Origin: Syntrophorhabdaceae bacterium
Lineage (GTDB): Bacteria > Desulfobacterota > Syntrophorhabdia > Syntrophorhabdales > Syntrophorhabdaceae
Assembly: GCA_963665295.1 (NCBI GenBank)
Contig: OY762209.1
Span: forward strand, 3,744,001-3,808,000
Reading direction: 5' to 3'
Length of the DNA: 64,000 nucleotides
Shown: one piece after another, positions 1-9,945 of the stretch
Numbering within the stretch: the stretch's first letter is position 1
Layout of the letters: every line of letters starts with the position of its first letter
Notes under the pieces: generated by a model
The model's input: only the letters and a program-made list of their open reading frames with translations
What the model was told of the DNA's origin: nothing
Database searches by the model: none
Made by a program: the position numbers and the translations under genes

Positions 1-96
1 AATCGACCTCTGGCTGGTTACATGGGATTTTTGCCCTACCGGTGCGGCGCGACGTATCGCCGGACAGCCGAGACTCATCAAATAAGGAGGATGGAC

Positions 97-744
97 ATGT
101 TTGGAACAAACGAAGCTACTGAAATTTTCGGCGACCTTATTTTTGAGAGGGCCAAGGACTGCAAGATCTTCGAAGAGGCTGCCGACGCGGGTGCCATCGA
201 TGATTTTGCCAAGAAACAGATGCGCTCTCAGGCTATGGCTTGCGCCCTGACGTGGGTGGAGAATGGGGATTTTTCGTTTGGGGCCCTGTCCGATGCTGCC
301 GCAACTATTGCCGATCTGGATGGAGACGAAGAGTTTTCAGACGATGAGCAGGCCTACTATAACGACCTTCTGACCGAAGTAGGCTATGCCCTTACCGCTT
401 TGGGCGCGGATGCCGGAAACATCCAGTCCTTCATCGACAATGAAGATGACGAGGAAGGCGCGAAACTGGGGGCCTTCCTGTCAGAGAAGATGCAGGGTGT
501 TGAACAGGACGACGAGACCCTTATCACGGATTATGCCGTGAGCAACCAGCCGATCATGGAATCGATGGTTAAGGTGGTCAGAAATGGACAGATCGCATTC
601 AAAAAGAAAAGGATCGGCCGCCCTCATAAGATGACGGCGGCACAGAAGGCAGGCCTGAAAGTTGCCCGGAGAAGAGCCTTTACGGGCGCGGCAAAGCTGG
701 CCAGAGCCAAATCGATAAGGATGCGACGCAAAAGAGGTATGTAA
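97..744 (+). CDS. P1 gp21-like protein (acidic body, basic C-terminal tail; probable prohead core/morphogenesis protein)
   Basis: RBS AGGAGG at 85-90. C-terminus VKVVRNG...TAAQKAGLKVARRRAFTGAAKLARAKSIRMRRKRG resembles P1 gp21 (recalled). Lies upstream of the pmgG-like gene as in P1. Confidence 0.7.
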   Translation: MFGTNEATEIFGDLIFERAKDCKIFEEAADAGAIDDFAKKQMRSQAMACALTWVENGDFSFGALSDAAATIADLDGDEEFSDDEQAYYNDLLTEVGYALTALGADAGNIQSFIDNEDDEEGAKLGAFLSEKMQGVEQDDETLITDYAVSNQPIMESMVKVVRNGQIAFKKKRIGRPHKMTAAQKAGLKVARRRAFTGAAKLARAKSIRMRRKRGM

Positions 745-1425
745 GTGGCACTGACGGATTCAGAAAAGAAGACTGCCCAGGGCAAAGCCGGAGGTCTGAA
801 GATATACGGTAACGCAGACGAAAAAGTAAGCCCTTATCTGAAGGCATGGATCGCTCAGCCGGATGAAGAAAGCAAGATCAGCGTCTGTGTTGTCGGGCTG
901 ATAGGGCCGGGAACAACCCGGTCCCTGCAGGCTAACTGGAATAGCCCCTTCGAACAATCCAACCTCGGGGGGATGTTCGAAAAAGTGGGAGGGTTGTTAC
1001 AGGCAACGTCCGGGAAGACGTCGGTCACCACATTATCATCAACCCAAATATGGGAAGGGAATAGGCCCCACACCTTTAATCTGACTCTCTCTTTCTATGC
1101 CATTAACGACGCGCAGAAAGAAGTCATGTTTGCACTGCGCGAACTTGAAAAGATGATGGGTCCGAATATCTCGGCGGGATCGGAGAAAGACGGCGTCGTA
1201 AAGGAACTTTTCAGGAGTGCCATACCGGGAGGCCGTATCCCCCAGCCCGTTATTTTGAACATAGGCCGGCACATGATGATTCCGAATTGCGTCATTGAAT
1301 CCATGTCCGTACCGTTGGATAAGGAGAAGACCAAGGAAGGATACTTGGTCCGGGCCGATGCAACGCTATCCATATCCACAAAGGTCATGTTGAACAAGGA
1401 AAATATCGGACAAACATGGCCGTAA
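745..1425 (+). CDS. PmgG-like tail tube/baseplate linker protein
   Basis: Motifs VSPYLK, NWNSPF, QIWEG, GGRIPQPVILNIGR resemble P1 PmgG; synteny. Confidence 0.65.
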   Translation: MALTDSEKKTAQGKAGGLKIYGNADEKVSPYLKAWIAQPDEESKISVCVVGLIGPGTTRSLQANWNSPFEQSNLGGMFEKVGGLLQATSGKTSVTTLSSTQIWEGNRPHTFNLTLSFYAINDAQKEVMFALRELEKMMGPNISAGSEKDGVVKELFRSAIPGGRIPQPVILNIGRHMMIPNCVIESMSVPLDKEKTKEGYLVRADATLSISTKVMLNKENIGQTWP

Positions 1426-1446
1426 AACACAAGAGAGGAGAATAAA

Positions 1447-1974
1447 ATGGGTAACATTTCAAATGTTCAGCACAACGTTCCGCTGGTGAAGAGCTCATAT
1501 AAAAAGTTCGTATCAATGGGCGAGGGCGCGAAGGGCGACGATTTCAGGATGACCATTGAAGGTTACCCTAACCTCGAATACCTCGTGCAGTCCACGCAAC
1601 TTCCGGCCCTTAAGAGGGAGCCGGTCGAATCCAAGGGGCCCCACGGGGTGATGTTCAACCAGCAGGGCAATTTGATGAATGCCCAGGATATTACCATCGC
1701 TTTCAAGGAAGTTGTTAGCGGGATGGCACTGGACGCCCTGAGAGACTGGGTGAAGAACAAACTCTATTTGCAAGTCACCCTTGCGCTCATCTCCGAAAGC
1801 CAGCCGGAATCTGTCTTTGCGAATTCCGTTGTCCTGGAAGATGCCTGGGTCGAGATCGACGCCGTAGACCTGTCGGTCGATGACACGACAACGCTGGTGA
1901 AGCCGACCGGGACTATTCACGGCAACTGGGTGACATGGGCGGACGAGGAGCAGGAAACGCTCCCTTGGGAATAG
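1447..1974 (+). CDS. Tail tube protein (P1 BplB-like, T4 gp19 fold)
   Basis: RBS GAGGAG. LVQSTQLPALKREPVESKGPHGVMFNQQG resembles the P1 tube protein. Confidence 0.75.
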   Translation: MGNISNVQHNVPLVKSSYKKFVSMGEGAKGDDFRMTIEGYPNLEYLVQSTQLPALKREPVESKGPHGVMFNQQGNLMNAQDITIAFKEVVSGMALDALRDWVKNKLYLQVTLALISESQPESVFANSVVLEDAWVEIDAVDLSVDDTTTLVKPTGTIHGNWVTWADEEQETLPWE

Positions 1975-1977
1975 CGC

Positions 1978-2523
1978 ATGACTCCGAACGGTTTATTGGA
2001 ACTGGTCAAAACCCAGTTTCAGGTCATTTATCTTGACTCCGTGAAGCTGACAAACCTACTGAAGCAGGCCCTTGGAGCTTATCAGGACAAGGCCGGCGTT
2101 GTACGTAAGATTCAGTTTGGCGATGACGTGACGGCGGTCAATATACCCGATGATCTGCTGGAGGTGATCGGAGCGACGGACGCAGAGGGGAGATGGCATG
2201 AACATCGCGTGACGGGCGACTCTATTGCGGTGATCCAGCAAGCAGGAAAGAGTGTCAAACCCTATGTCATATCGTACTTTGTCAATCTTCGGGATGCGGA
2301 TACTGAGGAATTTGAGTTGCCTCCTGAAACGGTCGGTCTTCTTCGCGGCTATCTTGAGGCCCTGATTGCATCCCTGAACACGGCACGGGCAAGGCAGATA
2401 GCCGCGGCAACGGGAATACAAGCGGAATATCCGTCCGACGAAGATCTGAGAGCCAGAGTGGAGAATATTGAACTGACCATGGAAGATTCGCAGGCAATTA
2501 TCCCGATGGCGACGGTGTATTGA
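1978..2523 (+). CDS. PmgC-like head-tail connector protein
   Basis: N-terminus MTPNGLLELVK...LLKQALGAYQDKAG resembles P1 PmgC; synteny. Confidence 0.7.
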   Translation: MTPNGLLELVKTQFQVIYLDSVKLTNLLKQALGAYQDKAGVVRKIQFGDDVTAVNIPDDLLEVIGATDAEGRWHEHRVTGDSIAVIQQAGKSVKPYVISYFVNLRDADTEEFELPPETVGLLRGYLEALIASLNTARARQIAAATGIQAEYPSDEDLRARVENIELTMEDSQAIIPMATVY

Positions 2524-3017
2524 TGGAGGAAGATTTCAACAAGCTGAGATTGATTGCCAAGCAACTTGTGGAGACACCTTTCCAGGAAGGGTGGCAGTTT
2601 CGTCTGGATATTGATGACGAAAATGCGCCCGACGATCTTGATATTTACGTCAAGGACATTACTTTTGGCCCGATTGAGATCGAGACGGAGAGTATCAAGG
2701 CAGGGATGCAGACCTTGACCTATCCCACCGGAACGGTCCCCGTGGGACTTTCCATGACCATGAGAGACAACCAGGATCGGCGTATCTATGACTGGTTCAC
2801 GGCATGGTCAAAGAAAATGGTCAATGATGATGGGACCGTGAATCTGCCTTCTGAGTATGTCAGGAAGGCCGAGCGCATTAACCTGGTTACGGATGAGATT
2901 CAAGATACATGGTTTGTGTTCCCGACCAAGCTGGGGGATATCACAGAAGCTGTGGACTCTGAAGGATTTCTTGAGTTTCCCATAACATTTATACAATTCA
3001 GATCGTGGGGTGAATAA
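2523..3017 (+). CDS. Tub-like tail tube initiator/baseplate protein
   Basis: FQEGWQF, KDITF, MRD, DWF, NDDGTVNLPSEY resemble P1 Tub; TGATG overlap with the upstream gene. Confidence 0.7.
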   Translation: MEEDFNKLRLIAKQLVETPFQEGWQFRLDIDDENAPDDLDIYVKDITFGPIEIETESIKAGMQTLTYPTGTVPVGLSMTMRDNQDRRIYDWFTAWSKKMVNDDGTVNLPSEYVRKAERINLVTDEIQDTWFVFPTKLGDITEAVDSEGFLEFPITFIQFRSWGE

Positions 3018-3799
3018 TGATTACACCTTTTACTTTGCCGTCGAATCCAAGCATACAAGTTCAATTGCGCGAGGCGACGGTAGCCGACGCTATAGACTTC
3101 GCCGATTTGGATGACAGTCATGAAGAAGAACTGACCACCATGTTTCTGGGGAGAATGCAGAACTCTGGTACCGTCCGCGATCCTCGGAAATGGACAGCGG
3201 AGGACAGGCGCTTTGCGCTTTACTGGTACTGGCTCCATACGTCGAAGGATCATGAAGTGGCCCTTTCATATGAATGCCGTCATTGCGGCGGCACACATGT
3301 CTACCTGCAGGACTTCCGGGAACTCGCAGATCATTACGCTTCAATCAATGAGGGTCCGGAAAGGGAAGGGTTATGGAAGGACGAAAGGATCATCGTGCGG
3401 CCGTTGTCAGGGGCCGACATGGAGACGCTCGAACGGATGAGACTGGGATTTGGTATTGCGCGGACAAACACCGAGGAACCTGTGAACAAAAAAGCGCGGA
3501 CGATGATGATGTTCGAACGTCTCGCCATGTGCGTAACCTTCGTAAGTGATAAGAGAGGAGCGGACAAGGCACAGGGCGACGAACGACGGAAGAAGATAAT
3601 GGCGTTGACCGTGGACGAATTCTCAGCGTTCGCTGATCTTGTCTATGGGCTGCTTTCCGACATGAAGCATGGTCTTGAAACGGAATATGCCGACGGTCGT
3701 CTCTTCCTTCTCATGCCGGTTCACGAATGTCCCGAAGGAGGTGGACAAACGCGCTTGCGTTATCCCTTTCGGAATAGCGACTACATTCCAGGTCTATAG
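3017..3799 (+). CDS. PmgB-like baseplate hub/tail assembly protein with CxxC (YECRHCG)
   Basis: Lies between tub and the tape-measure gene as in P1; T4 gp26/gp51-like zinc knuckle. Confidence 0.65.
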   Translation: MITPFTLPSNPSIQVQLREATVADAIDFADLDDSHEEELTTMFLGRMQNSGTVRDPRKWTAEDRRFALYWYWLHTSKDHEVALSYECRHCGGTHVYLQDFRELADHYASINEGPEREGLWKDERIIVRPLSGADMETLERMRLGFGIARTNTEEPVNKKARTMMMFERLAMCVTFVSDKRGADKAQGDERRKKIMALTVDEFSAFADLVYGLLSDMKHGLETEYADGRLFLLMPVHECPEGGGQTRLRYPFRNSDYIPGL

Positions 3800-3941
3800 C
3801 GAACGGTCCTGGACTATTGTGATTGAAAACCTGTGCTTATACGGAGGTCAGACAATTGATGGGTTGCGAAGGACGCCGCAAAGTCAGGTACTTTCATTAC
3901 ACGAAGCACTGAAGCGAAGAACGAAGGCAGGGCGTAGATGA
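3768..3941 (+). CDS. Candidate frameshift extension of the PmgB-like chaperone (G/GT-type)
   Basis: Open +1 frame from CCC TTT CGG (3764-3772) to TGA 3939-3941, which overlaps the sit ATG (ATGA). No clear start/RBS of its own. Confidence 0.5.
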   Translation, partial: FGIATTFQVYSERSWTIVIENLCLYGGQTIDGLRRTPQSQVLSLHEALKRRTKAGRR

Positions 3942-6601
3942 TCACGAGTGAAGCCAAAACCGAGAAGACGATAAGAACTATCGCCCCCATCGCTTCTGAT
4001 GAAGCTGACAAGATGCGCATCTTTTCTGAAATCCTTAGAAAGAGAGAGGAAAAAAACGAAAGGACCGTTGTCACCATTCTCAGGAGAATCGAATCCAACA
4101 CGTCCCTCCTGAAGAAGTTTGGAACCGCAGAGCCCGAGACCCATGACCGGGTGACTACTGCCAGGGGTACGATCCCGCGTAATGCTCCGCTGAGCCGCGC
4201 AAATAAAGGTCGTCACCTCACTGTCAAAGCAAAGGAAGAACGGTCGCAGAGGGCTGGTAAGGAAAGGAAAGAGCCCTCTAAGGGTGCTCTCGATTCCGCT
4301 CGCGATGAGAACAGCATGATCGGGAAAGCGGCAAGCGACAAGGTCCGGAGCCAGAAAACAGGGACCATGGAGCCCTCCGTTATCACCGCAAAGCGCGTGA
4401 AGCAAGAAGAGGCCGTAGGGGGAGTAATCCCTGAAGTACAGAGCGAAGCGAAGTCCGTAGACCAAAGACCTTCATCTGTCATGCCTCCCGAACCGGAAAG
4501 GGACACCAACGGTCGTTTTGTTGGCAAAAGCAAGTCTCAGGAGGCACGCGCCGAGCAGGGCAACAAGATTGGGAAGAAGTCTATTCTGCAAACCCTGAAG
4601 CGGGGCATGGAAGGGATAAACGATAAAGGCAGGGCGACGTTGGCAACCCATGCCGGGACCCTTGAAGAGGCTGCCGGAAGGGCGGCTGGCGGTCCCATAT
4701 TTGACGCGGTGATGGAACTCAAGGGTGCTCTCGATTCCGCTCGCGATGAGAACAGCATGATCGGGAAAGCGGCAAGATGGGTAGGGAAGAAAACGCGTGT
4801 GATGAAGAAGGACCAGGTACCCCGCGATAATGACCACGCAGATCAAGGCCGGTTTCTGGGTGCGAAAGAGGAGGGTGACAAGATTGTTGAAACCCTCAAT
4901 CAGTCCGAAGATGAAGACGGAAAGCGGCATGAAGAGCTAATCAAAGCGATTCTAAGGAATAGCAAGAGCGGAAATGGGGGAAACACCGCCAAAGGCCCCG
5001 GCAACCCGGATAGCACGGGTTTGCCCTACCCCAAGAAGACGGGCCCAGGGTCGAAAGTCAGAGAAAAGCTGAAACAAACCCTGCGAAGAAAACTCTCACC
5101 GACTATACAGAAGGTTCCAGGTATGCCGGGGAGCGGAGGACGAAGTGGGGGTGATATGCCAGGGATGCCCGGGTTTGGCCTGAAGGAACTCGTCAAAATG
5201 ACAGGGCCGTTCTTAAGTGCGGCGTTGCCAATTGCGATGCCGATATTAGTAGGTGCGGCTCTCCTCTGGGGCGCCAAAGAAGGGTATGGCCAGTTGCCCG
5301 AAGAGGAAAAGACGAAAAGAAAAGACACGACCGACCACCCTGGAGGTCCTGTTGTCAACGCATGGAAGAATGAGCCAGTAGACCCAAAGACTGGAAAAGC
5401 AATTTCGATAGGTGAGAGTGTCGCTCAATTTGTAGGTAGGCAGGAGAGCGGAGCAAAAAAGAATTACAGCGCCGTCAATCTTAACGATACGGGAGGTACC
5501 GTTTCTGCCGGAAAATACCAGTTCAATTCCAAAGGACAACTGCCCAGCTTCTTGGGAGTAAGAGACAAGGAGGGAATAACCAACGCTGACAAGTTTGGGA
5601 TAACAGCAGACCCTAAAAAGGACCCTCAAGGCTTTAAAGGGCAATGGCAAGCGGCTGCTTCAGGAGAGAACAAGGCAGAGTTTGAGAAGGCCCAGGATAT
5701 ACAATTCCAAAGCGCAGTGATAAACCCGGCCTTGACGAGGGCTCAAGCTCATGGGGTGGACATATCCGATGTAGGGACCCAAAAGATTGTTGCGAGCATG
5801 GCCACCACCACCGGCGCAGGAGGAAATACAAGAATACTTAAACGAGCAGTTGAGGCTGGCGGGGGTTATGAGGCATTCAAGAAACTTACTCCTGCACAGC
5901 AACAAGACCTTATTGTCGCGGAAAGAAAGAATTACGTTCAAAACGATGTGTCTACGATGACACCGAAGCAAAAAGCTGAAGCCCTTGAGAGATATGACCG
6001 CGAAAAGGCGGAAGTCAGAACAGGGACCACCACCTCTACGGTTGACAAGAACGCGGAGACCAAACCCGTACCCACAGTTGCAACGGTAGCCAAAGAAGAG
6101 AAGAAGCAGCTTTTGACGGCAAAGGGCGAACCAGCCATCGAGACAGCGACCGCTACACCTGTCGCAAAACCGGGATCTACTGCTCTCGGTCAAGGAGCGG
6201 CAACCACGGAAGCAACAAAACCTATGGCGGTGGCCACTGCTCTTCCTATGGCAGGACCCAAGGGGTTCATGGCCAACGCAATGAACGTTGCCGACGCAAA
6301 CCAGATTGTTCCTGAAATGCCCGTTACTACTCTCGCCAAGGGAGCACCTGCGCGGGTAGTGGGCCCTCCAGAAAGGATTACCACGGCCAGGGCAATGACT
6401 AACGAGCAGCCGAAGCAGACTCAAGGGCCTTCGCAAGCCGGAACGGACATGAGCGGTACGCTGATGGTCGCGCTCGAAAAGCTCAATGCGAGCGTCGCGA
6501 AAATGTCGGGTAACGATGAAACTGCGCAATCGGGGGCCCCGGTGATCCGGACGGAATTTGACGACACCATGCTGACTCTCATGGCATATGACAGGGTGTG
6601 A
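3938..6601 (+). CDS. Sit-like tape measure/injection protein with lysozyme-like peptidoglycan hydrolase domain
   Basis: 887 aa, low-complexity; RDTNGRF motif; hydrophobic segment AALPIAMPILVGAALLWG; QESG...SAGKYQF lysozyme-like motif; same position as P1 sit. Confidence 0.75.
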   Translation: MITSEAKTEKTIRTIAPIASDEADKMRIFSEILRKREEKNERTVVTILRRIESNTSLLKKFGTAEPETHDRVTTARGTIPRNAPLSRANKGRHLTVKAKEERSQRAGKERKEPSKGALDSARDENSMIGKAASDKVRSQKTGTMEPSVITAKRVKQEEAVGGVIPEVQSEAKSVDQRPSSVMPPEPERDTNGRFVGKSKSQEARAEQGNKIGKKSILQTLKRGMEGINDKGRATLATHAGTLEEAAGRAAGGPIFDAVMELKGALDSARDENSMIGKAARWVGKKTRVMKKDQVPRDNDHADQGRFLGAKEEGDKIVETLNQSEDEDGKRHEELIKAILRNSKSGNGGNTAKGPGNPDSTGLPYPKKTGPGSKVREKLKQTLRRKLSPTIQKVPGMPGSGGRSGGDMPGMPGFGLKELVKMTGPFLSAALPIAMPILVGAALLWGAKEGYGQLPEEEKTKRKDTTDHPGGPVVNAWKNEPVDPKTGKAISIGESVAQFVGRQESGAKKNYSAVNLNDTGGTVSAGKYQFNSKGQLPSFLGVRDKEGITNADKFGITADPKKDPQGFKGQWQAAASGENKAEFEKAQDIQFQSAVINPALTRAQAHGVDISDVGTQKIVASMATTTGAGGNTRILKRAVEAGGGYEAFKKLTPAQQQDLIVAERKNYVQNDVSTMTPKQKAEALERYDREKAEVRTGTTTSTVDKNAETKPVPTVATVAKEEKKQLLTAKGEPAIETATATPVAKPGSTALGQGAATTEATKPMAVATALPMAGPKGFMANAMNVADANQIVPEMPVTTLAKGAPARVVGPPERITTARAMTNEQPKQTQGPSQAGTDMSGTLMVALEKLNASVAKMSGNDETAQSGAPVIRTEFDDTMLTLMAYDRV
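4280..4776 (+). repeat. Identical 56-bp in-frame direct repeat inside sit (4280-4335 and 4721-4776)
   Basis: aagggtgctctcgattccgctcgcgatgagaacagcatgatcgggaaagcggcaag occurs twice and encodes KGALDSARDENSMIGKAA both times. Confidence 0.95.
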
Positions 6602-6602
6602 A

Positions 6603-6956
6603 ATGGGTACTTATATCGAAGAATTCGACCACTTACTTGAACTGAATCCGACAACGGAGGTCAGAAAGTACGACGATGAGGACGCGTTGCAGGATCGGAT
6701 ATTTGAATGGCTGGAAACGCCCCAGGGAACTGTGGCTGACCTTCCCGGGTGGGGACATAACCTGACCATCTTGAAGCATGAGCCCGAGGGCGTCAACCTG
6801 AATGTTGTGGCGGAAATGAGCATCATGACGAAGATGCCCCAGGACATAGAGAATCTGGTCATTGAAGGTGTCAGCATCACATTCACCGAAATCGATCTGT
6901 GTCAGGTAGTCATCACGCATCGGCTTGGAATATTCGAGGAGACGATAGAGCTGTGA
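6603..6956 (+). CDS. PmgA-like baseplate wedge/sheath initiator (gp25/GPW-like)
   Basis: EWLETPQGTVADLPGWG motif typical of gp25-like proteins; synteny. Confidence 0.7.
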   Translation: MGTYIEEFDHLLELNPTTEVRKYDDEDALQDRIFEWLETPQGTVADLPGWGHNLTILKHEPEGVNLNVVAEMSIMTKMPQDIENLVIEGVSITFTEIDLCQVVITHRLGIFEETIEL

Positions 6957-8386
6957 TCACCAAAGACGAAGCAGTAGCAAAATTCAAAGAGATTCTTACG
7001 GCAAAGGCTTCATGGAGAACTTTGTCGAAATCGCAGTTTGTCAACCACCTTGCCATCTTTATGAGCTGGGTATTGCGGGAGGCGCTTTGGAAGATCGAGC
7101 GAGTCTTTCAGGAATACTTCCTCTCCACGGCATTAAATGAATCCAGCATCCTGGCGCATGTTGAGGACCGGGAATACATTCCTCGGAAAAGGACACCGGC
7201 GTCAGGATCCGGAACGATCACGAATAATGGGGCGAGCACAGTGTACCTGCCTGTCTATCAACCATTGTCTTCCGATGCTGACCTCGATTATGTCACGGAT
7301 CAGGCATTGACACTTGCCCCGGGCCAGGTGGCCGCCGTTGAATTCATCCAAAGATCAGAGATGGAAGCGATCCATACCGTTACAGAGGCGTCGGCGTTCT
7401 ATGGAATCCTTTTCGATGAGAGCCTCGACAGTAGACTGACATCCGATCGGGCAGCCAAAATATGTGACTTCGGTGTCTATGTCGATCTTGGTGAGGGCCT
7501 CGGGTATGAACTTTGGACTTACTCGCGCCTCTTCCAGAATGCATATGAGGGAGATCAGGTCTACGACGAATTCCACACACATGCGGGGAAGGCTGGAATT
7601 CGTTTTGGAAACAGCTACGTCGGCACGATCCTTCCCGCGGGAGCCTTGGTAAAGATTGTGTTGCGGCTCACGGACGGTGATACGAGCTTGGCCGAGGGGC
7701 AGTCGTTGTACGTAGTGGGTGAGGTCCTGGATGCTGTGGGAGAAATTGCTGACTTGGCCATCGTCACAACGGAGGCTATCACTGATGGCCAGGATGCTGA
7801 GACAGTTGAGGAGATGAGACAGAATCTCCAATACTGGCCCATTTATGATGAAAAGCTCGTATGGCGGGATGACTATGTCTTCTTCATCAAAAAGGCCGTG
7901 GCCGATATCCTGTGGATCAAGGTATGGGGAGAGGAAGACGCTGAGGCACTTCACGGGCCCCGCTTCGAGTACATTAACAAGATATTCGTTTCTGCCTATG
8001 CAAAGGATCGATCGGGTCTTTCCACCGAAATTACCGACGCGCTGGCCGGCGTCAATATTCTTAACCGGAAATTTCAGTGGATAGACCCGATTTTCTCTAC
8101 CTTCTCCCTGGCGATTACGGGAAAGGTTGCCCGGACCGTCGCTATCACCGATGCACAGACGGCAATCAGGGAAGCCCTGACAAAGAAGTATGGCAAAGAA
8201 TCATCGAGCAGGCTGACGGAAGTGCGAGTAAAGGACTTTTACAGTATCATCAATTCGACTGGGTACTTTTCGGTAACCGGAGCCTATTTTGAAGTTGCAC
8301 ATGCCGGAACAACCGAAGCGACGGAACTTAACGACATGGTTCACATCGACATGGATGCGACCACGATCACGCTGAGCTATATATGA
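6953..8386 (+). CDS. BplA-like baseplate wedge protein (baseplate J / T4 gp6-like)
   Basis: GTG start overlapping the upstream stop, RBS GAGGAG. Motifs EYFLSTA, IRFGN, DGQDAETVEEMR, KVWGE. Confidence 0.8.
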   Translation: MITKDEAVAKFKEILTAKASWRTLSKSQFVNHLAIFMSWVLREALWKIERVFQEYFLSTALNESSILAHVEDREYIPRKRTPASGSGTITNNGASTVYLPVYQPLSSDADLDYVTDQALTLAPGQVAAVEFIQRSEMEAIHTVTEASAFYGILFDESLDSRLTSDRAAKICDFGVYVDLGEGLGYELWTYSRLFQNAYEGDQVYDEFHTHAGKAGIRFGNSYVGTILPAGALVKIVLRLTDGDTSLAEGQSLYVVGEVLDAVGEIADLAIVTTEAITDGQDAETVEEMRQNLQYWPIYDEKLVWRDDYVFFIKKAVADILWIKVWGEEDAEALHGPRFEYINKIFVSAYAKDRSGLSTEITDALAGVNILNRKFQWIDPIFSTFSLAITGKVARTVAITDAQTAIREALTKKYGKESSSRLTEVRVKDFYSIINSTGYFSVTGAYFEVAHAGTTEATELNDMVHIDMDATTITLSYI

Positions 8387-9921
8387 TTGATTGGCTGAAG
8401 AAAAGACTATCGCCCGTAAAGAAGGATTCCTCGAGGTGGAAGGAACTGGCTGAAGCCATACAGGATTTTTGGGCGGAGAATTTTGACCCCGGGTATAATG
8501 TGCTCGCTGGCCTTCGGTCTATCTATACGGCTGATTCTGCAAATCAGAAGCGCTTTCTCGTAGAGATGGGTCACTACTTCGAAGATGGTATTGCCGAGGA
8601 AAACATCCCGGTCAGCGTTGCCATGCGCAAGATGGAGTTACACCAAAAGGAAACGAACGTTCCCTTGGTGCGTTCCATGGCCAGGATCGGATTCGCCGCT
8701 GAATGGGCTCCGCTTTATGCTCCCAGGGGCGAGGTTTACGGAACCTCATTCTATACCGAAGATGAACTTGAAGCGGCAGGGCTCCATCTCGATGCCGATG
8801 TAATTCGTCTTGACGGGTCATGGTACATAGGAGATGATTCGGCCGTTCACCTGACCTCCGACGGAGTTTATATGACGTCCCGGGCAAAGATGATCATCGA
8901 TCTTTCAACCGGACGCGTCCCTGGGATGATCGATGTTGCTCGGCGCCGAATCATGCAGGTCAAGCCTCTCCACATTGTGTTTGACGGCTTCAAATATCGC
9001 ATATTGCTTGAAATATCAGCCAAGCCACGCCACGAAATGCATCTGAGGATGGTGAAAACCGTCGATCAGTATTATCCATGGTGTACACCGAAGCTCACGG
9101 GACTTTGGAAAGTAGGCACCAATATCATGATTCCACACCGACATTTGGACGGAACCTGGAAACTGAATGGTGCGGACCTTGGACATTACCTCGTATCCGG
9201 AACGGTTCACAAGCAGCTTCTCCAATGTACCATGACCAGCGGCATGAGGGTAGTAAAGAACATCGAGAGGCCGGATAAACATTTCGATGTTCGCCTTGGA
9301 GAATCCCTTTTAAAGCTGGACGGCTTGTGGCATGTCGGCAGGAATCGGATATTGACCCTTAGCGGCGAGAGAAAACTCAGAAAGGGGCCCTTGGAAGTTG
9401 ATGCTACGCCAGCATGGAGCTTCCGCTCAGGAGACGCCTGCACCATTCAATATCCTGTATCACCCAAGAAGTTAGGACTTCTGGCCACATTGGTAAGTTG
9501 GCGACGGCTTGACGGGAGATGGGTGGTTGGCGGGCAACTGGGAATTAAGCCTAACAATCTTGACGGTACATGGGTGTTACGCACTCCCGGAATTAGAACC
9601 GGACAGTCATTTGGTCTGGCTAAAAAGCTCGGGAATATCGGGCTATTCCGAAATATCGGCCGCTACACGGTTCGAGTAGGCGAGGGGTGGAGTCGTAAGC
9701 TTGATGGGCGATGGGTGGTCGGTGCTTATCACGATCTGGATGGAACATGGGGGCTGGATGGGTCTCATCGATTGGGCGCGATCCGGATAGGGCGATACTT
9801 TCGCAAGCTGGATATGAGCTGGAAGGTCGGTGAAGTTACGAAACGGCTCGACGGAGCATGGCAGGTAGGCCAGCCGGGACCGGAATGCGAAATGAGTATC
9901 ACGGTAAGGAAAGCGGCATAG
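8383..9921 (+). CDS. P1 gp16-like baseplate protein with C-terminal LDGxW repeat extension
   Basis: N-terminus WLKKRLSPVK...W..LAEAIQ; VKPLHIVFDG (P2 gpI-like motif); about 10 L-D-G-x-W repeats. Confidence 0.7.
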   Translation: MIDWLKKRLSPVKKDSSRWKELAEAIQDFWAENFDPGYNVLAGLRSIYTADSANQKRFLVEMGHYFEDGIAEENIPVSVAMRKMELHQKETNVPLVRSMARIGFAAEWAPLYAPRGEVYGTSFYTEDELEAAGLHLDADVIRLDGSWYIGDDSAVHLTSDGVYMTSRAKMIIDLSTGRVPGMIDVARRRIMQVKPLHIVFDGFKYRILLEISAKPRHEMHLRMVKTVDQYYPWCTPKLTGLWKVGTNIMIPHRHLDGTWKLNGADLGHYLVSGTVHKQLLQCTMTSGMRVVKNIERPDKHFDVRLGESLLKLDGLWHVGRNRILTLSGERKLRKGPLEVDATPAWSFRSGDACTIQYPVSPKKLGLLATLVSWRRLDGRWVVGGQLGIKPNNLDGTWVLRTPGIRTGQSFGLAKKLGNIGLFRNIGRYTVRVGEGWSRKLDGRWVVGAYHDLDGTWGLDGSHRLGAIRIGRYFRKLDMSWKVGEVTKRLDGAWQVGQPGPECEMSITVRKAA

Positions 9922-9945
9922 GACACACAAGAAAGGAGGAAGAGA

